64,000 nt of DNA from NCBI RefSeq assembly GCF_006345805.1, contig NC_042999.1, forward strand, positions 186,001 through 250,000, in the 5' to 3' direction. The DNA is from Octopus sinensis (Eukaryota). Shown here one piece after another: positions 52,892 through 64,000 of the stretch. The position numbers and the translations under genes were made by a program. The stretch's first letter is position 1, and every line of letters starts with the position of its first letter. The notes below the pieces were generated by a model. That model was not told the origin of the DNA, did no database searches, and saw only the letters and a program-made list of their open reading frames with translations.

Positions 52892-53879
52892 TATCGAAGA
52901 CCGTAATAGACTATACATGGCCAAGCTGTTTCGAGGTCAGATGGAACCCTGTATGACATGTTTACAGAGCAAACTCCTAAACAATAACAACCATGCCTGC
53001 ACTTATAACGTATTTTAAAAAATCCTGCAGCGAACTTAAAGTACTTAATGACAAGGAAATAAAAACAGCTAAAATATTGCATGGTTGAACAGTGCAGGAC
53101 TTAATAGAAAGAGATTGCTCCTAAATCACACACTAAAGACTAGATATTACAAAGATATTAAAGCAAGAGATCGATGCTAATTGCAGGATTTGTGAGTAAT
53201 TTGGCGACGGAATAAAAACTACGATGAGAGACATCGAAGACAATATTACAAGGCAATGTCTATATAGACTGATAAAATCTCTTTGAAACATCTAAGCATC
53301 TAAAATCTACATTTAATTGAGGTTTGTAGTGAAACTAGGTAAATATTGGATATTGCCACCAAATATTTATGAAGGAACTACAAATAAATAGCTACAACAA
53401 CCAGAAGAGAAGAAAGGAAAGAGAAAAAGGAGAGAAAGAAATGGAAGAAGATAGAAAAAAATATGAAGAACAGCGATGGGGTTGATTAATATGAAGTGAA
53501 ATGTTGAAGGCTAACTATGTAAGTAATACGCATTAAATTCATTGATATTTACCACATAAACAATGAATTACAATGTTGATTGTGTTTTGCTCTTTGACAT
53601 CCCCTGTCAACAGTCTATCGGAGCAGGGTTCGAATCCACACCAGTGTGATTCTGACCTCCAATCACATAAGAGCAAACCAAGCAAATAAAAGCGTTTATC
53701 ATACAGTCAAAGCTAATTCGGAGAATACATATTTTGAGTCGAATGCATTAAATATGTGAAACCTGTAGGATGCACTTCTCGACATCGTCTGATGAAAAAA
53801 GCCACACGTTAGTCCTCAGGCCTGAAAGATAAAATAAAAAGGGTAAATGAACAGAAGACGAATATGTTGCTATTATCAC

Positions 53880-54177
53880 ACATGACCGACCAGGCTATCA
53901 GATGTTGCTAAACATCGCTGGTCACAATGCGCTTCGCATTGTTTTGGCCTTTAAATGATGCCATCTCTCTGGCTAAGCGAGCAAGCCAACAGAAGAAAGA
54001 GTGAGAGAAAGTTGCGGCGAAAGAGTACTGCAGGGATCGCCCCCCCCCCTGCCGGAGGCTCGTGGAGCTTTAGGTATTTTCGTTCAACAAACACTCACAA
54101 CGCCCGGTCGGGGAATCGAAACCGCGATCCTATGACCGCGAGTCCGCTGCCCTAACCACGGGGCCATTGCGCCTCCA
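53880..54177 (-). mobile_element. Group C SINE, head C2 with tail U
   Basis: Same head as 52237; different 3' part. Confidence 0.8.
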
Positions 54178-54824
54178 TGTTGCTATTATACATGCATAAT
54201 TTACAACTATACTTTACAAAATATATAATTCAATTATAAACGGAGCAATATTTCCTTCATAAATATTTGGTGGTAATATCCATATTAACCTAGTTTCACT
54301 AATTCTACTCCTCTAAAATTTGGAGAAAAAATAGCCTGAGTCTAAATGAGATACTGGATCCTCACAAAGAAGTTAACTTTAAGCGGCAAGCCAAGAATAT
54401 CATAGATCTATAAAGAAAACTTAGAAAAAGTATATATAATGAAAATACATGTGACAAATTCAAAGAAAACAGTAAAAAATAGAACGTAAGTCACGAACAT
54501 AGGCCTAATACATTTAAAACAATGTAAAAAAAAATAGCAAAATGTAATTAAAATAATCTTTTGAAATAGTACAGAATACTAGCAAACAAGAAACACAGTT
54601 AGAACGACGCGAATAGAAAATATGTATAAAACTTTATTCATGGAAGAGCAATGAATAGGAGCTTTTAAAGGTGGAAATATGGAATAAAATAAGAGCAGGT
54701 TTTTTTCTATACATCAACGAAGATCACCCTTTTATAATTAATAAAACTAGGCGATAAAGTAATAACAGACTTATATTCTGGCCCATCATGAGCCCTGGGA
54801 TTTATACGACCAGAGTTTACCCTG

Positions 54825-55052
54825 GGCGAGCTGGCAGAAACGTTAGCACGCCGGGCGAAATGCTTAGCGGTATTTCGTCTGCCGTTACGTTCTGAGTTCA
54901 AATTCCCCCGAGGTCGACTTTGCCTTTCATCCTTTCGGGGTCGATTAAATAAGTACCAGTTACGCACTGGGGTCGATATAATCGACTTAATCCCTTTGTT
55001 TGTCCTTGTTTGTCCCCTCAGTGTTTAGCCCCTTGTGGGCAATAAAGAAATA
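54825..55052 (+). mobile_element. SINE group B, full length
   Basis: TSD AGAGTTTACCYTGGG. Confidence 0.9.
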
Positions 55053-56471
55053 AGAGTTTACCTTGGGTTTCATAAAGTATGAGGGAATGAGACTACAACG
55101 CATTCCCCCTGAATGTCCATCGTAGGCTTAAATCTCCAGCTATTGCTGGAACCCATATATAGTTCAGTAAGCTGGAACAACATGAAATTAAATGATTTTC
55201 TCAAAAATACAACACACTACCGGTGCGAGAATCGAAACCATGATCATACAAAAGCTAGGCTGCTTTTTTTTTATTACAGATTTGATGAAAAATAGACACG
55301 TAAATCAGAATCATCAGATTCAAACAAAGTAAAACAGTTCGAAAGAAAAGTTGATAACTCCTCAGTTCTATTCACATAGAAATAGGAAAACCAAGTAAAT
55401 AAAAATGGAGAAACACAAAAAGACAGGAAAGAGGAAAATGGTTATGACTGTCATTTATGGAATCAGTAATGAAAGAAAAGTTGAAACAAGAAAGAATGAG
55501 TCAAATCGCAAAGAAGTATGACATATCTTGAAAAATGAAGTGTTTTGAAATAAAAAATGAACTCTTGAAGGACTCACGCTTGCTGAATCGCAAAGAACTC
55601 GGCAGTGTGAAAAGTGAATGCGTTTGTTTTCATAAAACAAACAGTTCGACTCAAAACTTAAGTGGTTTTATCAAGAATTAGAGAATAAAGACACAAATGC
55701 AGAAGCAATAGAAGAAGAGAATATGGACAGCAAATGAAATCTGCAGCACACTAACCATTTGGTAGAGGAGGTCGCAATAATGCAGGAAGAAACCCAGATA
55801 CTGCAAGAACACAGGACAAATAAATTACACCAGAAATTGATAAGTCACAGGGGTGGGGGTCGGAATCCTCCCACAACAACGTTTTTATTTAATTAAATAG
55901 ACATAAAGAGTACAGAACTGACATGCAAAAGAACAGTTTAGGAAGACATATAGATACCTTAGATTGGTATATTATAATGGGATACCCATGGAAAAGAGCT
56001 TATAGAAACGTACATTGGGACTTAGCTGCTCACAGTGGCAGTGGGATCAAGAATAATCTAATAAGTATTGGTATCCAGAGCTAACAGGAATGAAAAATGC
56101 TTCCTTCTACAAGTATTAATTCTCGAAGACGATGATGAAAATCTTAAGGAAATAGAGTATCTAAATTGAAAGGCTTCGAATTAAAGATAACCAGAATGGG
56201 GAGAGAAAAGAACCAGACAGAATTCTATGAGAATGGGTGTTTTAAGGAAAAGGATATGAACAAAGCTCTTGGTCCTACAAATATGAACAACATAGAAGAA
56301 ATGGCACCACAAGGCACAGCAAACAGACTCTTTATACGTAGACTCTTATGAATACAGCAGAAAACACCAATATGGTAGGTGCGCAAAGCCTACAGATCTG
56401 TGCTCGGTAGAGTAGTGAAAGTAAGCGAAGATAAAGTTACAGGAAAATTATATTGATGAAAACAACAATCT

Positions 56472-57988
56472 ATAGGCGCAGGAGTGGCTGTGTGGTAAGT
56501 AGCTTGCTTACGAACCACATGGTTCCATGTTCAGTACCACTGCGTGGCACCTTGGGCAAGTGTCTTCTACTATAGCCTCGGGATTTTGTAGACGGAAGCT
56601 GAAAAAAAACCCGTCATATATATGTATATGTATATATGTATGTGTGTGTATATGTTTGTGTGTCTGTGTTTGTCCCCCCAACATCGCTTGAGAACCGATG
56701 CTAGGTGTGTTTACGTCCTCGTAACTTAGCGGTTCGGCAAAAGGGCTCGATAGAATAAGTACTAGGCTTCCAAAGAATAAGTCCTGGGGTCGATTTGCTC
56801 GACTAAAGGCAGTACTCCAGCCTGGCCACAGTCATGACTGAAACAAGTAAAAGAGTTAAAGAGCAAAGAGCAATGGTAGTTTCAGCTTAGTTTAGAAATA
56901 ATTCTATAAAATATTCTGATTTAATTAGAATCGTAGTAAGTTTATAAACATATAAGATTTAATGATATAACATATTAAAATATTTCCTCCCACTAAAAAT
57001 AGTTGGTAATCTTATTAGTTCATAGTATTTTTGCGTACACAAATATCTTTGTAAATTAAGACGTGTATCGGTGTCTGGATGATAACATATACATATATAC
57101 ATACATATATATATATATACATATATGCACACACATACACACACACACACACATATAGACACACACACATATACACACACACATATATATACACCCACAC
57201 ACATATATATATATACACACACACACATATATATATACACACACACATACACACACACACACACATATACATATACACACACACACACACATATATATAT
57301 GCATATTTAAAAGATTTGAAAAGTTTATGGGTATTCCTGACATTTACTTGGTATGGATAGTTTAATAAAATTATATTTGTTGAGTACGTCTTATTCATCT
57401 TAACAAGTTCTTTCGTATTTGAAATATTTTATTTTTCTTGTCAATTACGAAATCGTGTTTGAATTATTTAGCTGCAGGTCTAGACTAAATATATTGTAAT
57501 TAATTTACAAGAACAGCTTGTATAAGTAGAGTACATTATGCGTAGATGTATTTTAATTCTAAGAAAAGAAAATTTTAATAAAAGCATGATAGCTTTTTTC
57601 GCAATATTTAATATAAAGAAGAACATAATAAACTCATAGACTGGAATGCAGGCAATATATGTTTGGATAATGGAAAGTGTATTCAGTTGATGTAAGCATT
57701 TAGTACTAAAAGTCCATAATTAATTATCATGTGCACGTAAAAGAGCGGGAACCAAAACGATACTTCTTTTTTACTCTACTTTTCACTTGTTTCAGTCATG
57801 TGACTGTGGCCATCCTGGAGCACCGCCTTTTGGTCGAGTAAATCGACACCATGACTTATTCTTTGTAAGCCTAGTACTTATTTTATCGCTATCTTTTGCC
57901 GAACCGCTAAGTTACGGGGATGTAAACACACCAGCATCGGTTGTCAAGTGATGTTGGGGGAACAAACGCAGACACACAAACACACACA

Positions 57989-58026
<38 letters not shown>

Positions 58027-58213
58027 ACACACACATATATATATACATACATTTATACGACGGGCTTCTTTCAGTTTCCGTAACTCAGAAGGCTTTGGTC
58101 GGCCTGAGGCTATAGTAGAAAACACTTGCCCAAGGTGCCACGCAGTGGGACTGAACCCGGAACCATGTGGTTGGTAAGCAAGCTACTTACCACACAGCCA
58201 CTCCTACGCCTAT
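56472..58213. mobile_element. Two convergent group A SINEs: 56472-56870 (+) and 57768-58213 (-)
   Basis: Full-length copies. Confidence 0.88.
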
Positions 58214-58914
58214 GGCGTAAATATTGTGAATATGTTCCTGCAGATTTGAATGTAGGGATGTTAATAGCTGTCGTATTTCCCCTTATAAAACAAACTGATC
58301 TTTTCAGATGATATGTGCTGATGACGATGTGGATTCATTTACGTGAAAGAACTTTGAGACACTGGCGTTTCAACTTAATTGTGTCTCTTCAGCGAAAACT
58401 TCTCCCGATCAATGAAATTAATCAAGAATGACCATTACTGCTAATAGAATTCAGAAAAAACTATTTGCTGATGCGAATGAATATGTACAGGATTTTGAAT
58501 TCCACTGTTTTACATGCATATGACAATTTGTTATCGACCTGGTACATATTAGGACTTGCTTGATTTCTTTCATAATCTGATCGTCGATCTTTAACACCAG
58601 GTACGAATTTCAATATGCTCTGCTTCGGTTGAGGGAGTACACATTCTATAATATGTCTGTAAGACCCCATCGAACACTTCTTTAGAGAGCATTAGGAAAG
58701 CCACCCTTAAATTTGAAGAAGTGTGGCATGTCAGCCTCTCGCTCTTTCCTAAGTAAAGTGAGTCGATAAAATCAGACAAGGAAACCTGTTTTTATCGACA
58801 CACTTCGCTCATTCCTTCTCAATTTCTTTGAAATGGTTCATATTGAATCGCTGCTTTTAGACACAGAAACAGTGGGAAAAAAAGAAAATTGTAATATTAT
58901 TATTATTGCTGTTT

Positions 58915-59540
58915 TAGGCACCGAGCTGGCAGAAACATTAGCACGCCAGGCGAAATGCTTAGCGGTATTTCGTCTGCCGTTACGTTGTGAGTTCAAATTA
59001 CGCCAAGGTCGACTTTCGGGGTCGATAAATTAAGTACCAGTTACGCACTGGGGTCGATGTAATCGACTTAATACCTATGTCTGTCCTTGTTTGTTCTCTC
59101 TATGTTTAGCCCCTCGTGGGTAATAAAGAAATAGGTATTTCGCCTGTCGTTACGTTCTGTGTTCAAACTCCGCCGAGGTCGACCTTGCCTGTCATCCTTT
59201 CGGAGTCGATAAATTAAGTACCAGTTGAGTACTGGGGTCGATGTAATCGACTTGCTCCTTCTCCCAAAATGTCAGGCATTGTGCCTACAGTAGAAAGTAT
59301 TATTATTATTGTTAATGTGACAAACTAGCAGAATCTTGAGAACGATGGAAAAATACTTTGTGGTAACTCTTCTTGGTTTTGAATTCTGAGTTCAAATCCA
59401 GCTAAAGCCAAACATCACCATTTTTCCTTTCGGGGACGATAAAATAAAGACTCAATCAAGTACCGAGGAGCTATCTTATCAAAGTACTTCTTCACCTTAA
59501 AATTACAGGCCTTGTGCCAACATTAAAAACCATTATTATT
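58915..59540 (+). mobile_element. SINE group B dimer (tail A body, then tail B body) followed by an older tail B copy
   Basis: Junction GAAATA|GGTATTTCG at about 59133. Confidence 0.82.
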
Positions 59541-60104
59541 GGTGGTGGCGGTGGAGTAAGTTGTGTTCTGTTTCCGTCTCTTGAAATTTCTATTTTCACA
59601 AACATTCTTCTTCTTTGTGCTTTTTTTTACCTTTACTGTACAAATACAAACGAATAATCTTGGAACGTAGCCTTTGTACTAATTTCTTTGTCTATTTATA
59701 TTTAATCTACTTTGGTAATTGAAAATTATTTGGGGGACGTGTTTGTTTACGTTACTGAGGCTAATGCCGCTATCACTATCGGAAGCATCGCTTCCTGTCG
59801 CTTCTGAAAATATTTTGAATCACGTATCGTATTGCTACAAGCTGTTTCATAAAATACTTAAAATGCTAAATGATAAATCGTCGTATTCCAGTCAATGTGA
59901 TAAACTTACTAAATGATCCGAAGAATTCTGTTTGTAAAACTGGAACACTCACACACCCCCATCCACCCACACACAAACGCCGTCCCCCACTCTTTTTCCT
60001 TAAAGTAATCCCGTTAAAAATATTTTCATGGACTTTTGACACGTTTGGATGAAAACTTAATAATAATAATAATACAAATAATAGGAAAATATTAACAGGC
60101 ATTC

Positions 60105-60695
60105 TGGCAAGGGAAAATATATACGTTCCTTGCGGAAAACAATCTACTATCAGTAGAAGAATAAAGAAGCCAAAAAGGATCCAAGGGTACTAAGGATTAC
60201 TTTGCGATAGACAAGGTTATAATGAAGAACTGTAAACGATACTAAAGAAACTTATGCATGGCCTGGATAGACTCCAAAAAAAGGCTTACGGCACGATGCC
60301 GCATTCGTGGATTTTAGAAACACTCGACATGCGTGGAATAGCTGAGAGCGTGTGTGCACTGATTAAGAACAGTATGCCTAGTTGGAAAACAGTCTTTCCT
60401 GTAACAGCCAGCACTTAGCCGAGGTAACAATAAAAAGAAGTATCTTCCAAGGAAATTCTTGTTTACCACTGTTATTTGTTATAACCTTGATCCCACTTTT
60501 TGTTACTCCTACGCAAAGTCAACGTGCACTGTGAGCTGAAGAAGAATGGACCTCGTCTCAACCACCTTCTTTTCATGGATGATTCAAAACTGTTCGCAAA
60601 AAACAGAGCCTGAAATGGAGAGGCTGGTTGGGACTGTGCACCTGTGCAGCAAGGATATAGGGATGGAATCCTGTATCTCGAAGTGAGCGGTTAAA
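60105..60695 (+). mobile_element. Decayed R4/Dong-clade non-LTR reverse transcriptase fragment
   Basis: GTKDYFAIDK, NLCMAWIDSKK, PHSWILETL, IFQGNSCLPLLFV, NHLLFMDDSKLFAK and SKDIGME, with stops and frameshifts; short (TAA)n at about 60057-60072. Confidence 0.8.
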
Positions 60696-62307
60696 CTCAA
60701 ACATTCCATCCTGCAATAGGCAGCCATTGCATTTTCATTCTGAAATCTCAGACACCATGTTTTCATAACATGGATAACTTGAAGGGACTGTTCTTGTACT
60801 CTGTTAACTGCAATAAAATTCTCTGTAAAAAAATTCCAAGTGAGAAAATAGAAACTGTGTTATTAACATTCGATAGACCATGACATTATACGCATAAAAA
60901 ACATTCTCATTCCGCTTATATATGCCAGGTAATTATTATTCAGCAGAGAGGTTTTGAATAACCAGTTAAAAGCCAGCCAAACTTATAATTCCAGTGTATG
61001 GCGGTTTTGGTCAAATATGGTATCTAAAACTTCCTTCATTCGCACCTTAGCAAAACTTTTCCCCTTAATTTTCTGTATTCACGTTTGGGAATTCATCTGG
61101 AGAAGATTTTAGCCCTTGCTTTTCCAAAATATTTTAGTAAACCAAGTTTAATATGGATCACCTTAAGAGAAAATTAACAGTGCTAGTTACAGGGACACGT
61201 GTTGATATTAGTGGCCTTTCATATAAAATAGAGTCGATCGTGGTTACTCGGTTACTCAGTAAACATAACACGCAACAATATTTCGCAAATCCTGTTTGCA
61301 TGTCTATCAGTAACCCAATAACTTTGGATTTCAAAGAAGTTCATTTGCTAAAAAGGGTATTGAATAATATAAAATATAATATATCGATATTATGACATGT
61401 CTGTTTCAACTTGTAAATGTTCGATATTGAATGAATAAATATCTGTTAGCATTCACTCGTCACCTTTTGGCCGATAAATCTGAATGAATATTTTTCTACA
61501 AACTTCAATGATAAATATGAATTATTTTGGGATTTTCAGAAGTTACAAGATATAGATATATCTCTGAATGAGATATCTGCAAGAAAATAATTTCACAAAA
61601 ATTAGTTTCATTCTCAACACTATAGTTTATCAATTCAACTGAGTTTTATCAATGACTTCTCTTGAAGTATACGCTATCAACAAAACCTTTGCTTTGATCT
61701 ACGCACCTATCGCATGAAGTATCTGAAAATACTTTGTCACTTTCTTTTTTGGCGGACTGCGCCTGGTTTTACTTTAGAAAAATTACAACAGTAACAGGAA
61801 AAGAAGATAAATTATTTGGAGGGAGAACAAGGCAATTCATTGGCTTAACACACACACATATATATATGCAAACATATATACTTACATATGTAAGTATATA
61901 TGTATATATGCATATATATGAATGTGTATGTATATATGCATATATATATATACTTACTTACATACATACATATTCATATATATATATATAAATATACATG
62001 CATATACATATGTATATATATCTAATATATATACATATGTATATATATATACACATGTATTATATACATACATATATATGTATACATACATATATACATA
62101 TATTTATACGTATATATATATACATATACACACATATATATATACGTATATACATGTGAATTTATATATAAACACATATATATATATGCATATATATACA
62201 CATACATATTTATGTACACGTATATATATATATACATATATATATACAAATATATATATATATATATACATACATGTATATACATACATCCATACATATA
62301 CATCCAT

Positions 62308-62365
<58 letters not shown>

Positions 62366-64000
62366 GTAGAAACCTATGATTTTCTACATTTGCAAATGCT
62401 CGCTCCATGCCTTAGACTTAGGCAAGACATTTTTGCATTATTGTAAATATTTAGATTTACTGTTTGGTAGTTGAATGGGTTCCTGTTTTTGCTTTTAAGA
62501 TATTTTCAAGGTTTCTATTCCATCACACACACACACACACACACCATCATATACACCATCATATACAACGTACCATATTGTAAGCCTTCTGTCCATTATG
62601 TGAAGTGCGAGGCGTTGGGTGTGTTGGTTATGAACGGTACAAGTAACCGAATACCGAATATCGAGAATCTCTCGGCTTAGATTATCAAAGTTCTCTATTG
62701 GCCCCGACAGTTTGCAATCTCATACCGTGATATAAAAGAAGGAAAATCGAACAAGGAGGGAGAGAAAATGATGTAAGTTTAGAGGAGTATTTGATTAAAT
62801 ATTAATGATTACGATGGGCATATTTATTCGCTATAATCGGACAAATGTAGGCACAAGTAAGTCTGTAATTTAGTTTCTGAACTGTTGCTGTGTATTAGCA
62901 GCTTCCGATATGGTTTTCACAGTCAGTCATGGATTTATGCCTGCAGACATGCAATTGTACATCAATAATGCATAGGCATATTACAATTATATCTTTCTAC
63001 ATAGCTATGCACATTCTGTCTCAAACACACATGAGCATATATAAAGCTTCTCTGAAGGAAACAACCATACGGACTCGAGTAAAATGTGTTTATATATCTG
63101 GAGATAATATAGGTGAGTTGAAATATGTACAGGCGTCAATAAAAAGGACATTCACGCATAAACGCACGCACATGTATATACATAAAGCACACGAATGTAT
63201 ACACTCTTTCTCTCTCTCTCTGTTTCTCTCCCCTCTTCTTTCTCTCTCTGTCTCTCCCTCTCTCATACACACACATACAAGGAATATATTTGTTCATTTA
63301 TAGCATAAGCAGAAATAAATGTGTAAGTACGTATATAATTATACCTACAATAAATATACACAAATATTAATACAAATATTCATACGTTTACACACTCCAA
63401 CTCGCAGAGGTATAATTACACACATAAACGCAGCTATAGACGCATATACAAGCACAAACATACATATATATATACATATATTTATTACTATTTTCTATTG
63501 ATATTCTGTTAATCGCATGTGTGTGTGTATATGTCTATTTAAGTACATAGGTCTTTTGGGAGACAGGCAGACGTTTTAGTGTGCGTGCATATGGCCACTG
63601 CTATTCAGACTATCGGCTCTACGACATATGTACCTTCGTGATAGTTGCTAATGAATACTCTCAACACATTTACATATGCATATATCTAATGTTAACTATG
63701 TACAAAGATAAAAACCTGAACAAAATGGCTCTTGCTCACACAAGATTTGTTACAGAGGCTGAAAGATGTGCATGCACTCCCCATCCTCTCACTCCATACT
63801 CACACGCACATATATGGCGTCTATTCACACGCACATATATGGCGTCTAAAGGAAACCATTGCGTGCATCAAATGTGTACATATTATAGCTTGGATCAAAT
63901 TCACAGACACTCCTACTGATTCTTACTTGCAATCTTATACGCCTATACAGACATACGTATGTATGGGGAATATATAGGTCTTGCTTATAGTCAGCACGCC

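Noticed and set aside
55300-56460. Purine-rich tract resembling a decayed LINE ORF (also 37395-37690)
   Set aside because: No diagnostic motif could be read; needs tBLASTx.
58440-58800. Two overlapping minus-strand ORFs with protein-like composition
   Set aside because: Short, no clear splice sites, and no recognisable family.

Overview
AT-rich, repeat-dominated animal genomic DNA; the SINE families and microsatellite load point to an octopus (inference). No intact host gene is recognisable, and most entries in the ORF track are translated microsatellites. Main contents: (1) a ~6.1-kb head-to-head palindrome of a Neptune-type Penelope-like retroelement (RT plus GIY-YIG) bounded by (TA)n, with a minimal hammerhead ribozyme in each 3' end and the same RT D->N lesion in both arms; (2) six more hammerhead or hammerhead-like motifs in short non-coding elements, mostly near (TA)n, including one fully canonical ribozyme at 45593-45634; (3) three non-autonomous Helitrons, two flanked by unexpected 28-30 bp direct duplications; (4) two Tx1/L1-clade LINE 3' fragments, one sharing its 3' terminus with an abundant SINE that forms fixed-breakpoint concatemers; (5) an R4/Dong-type RT fragment, a partly inverted mariner remnant, about 40 SINE copies of three groups, a 105-bp tandem array, and two weak candidate host-exon regions. 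All alignments and RNA folds were done by eye; no database searches were run.
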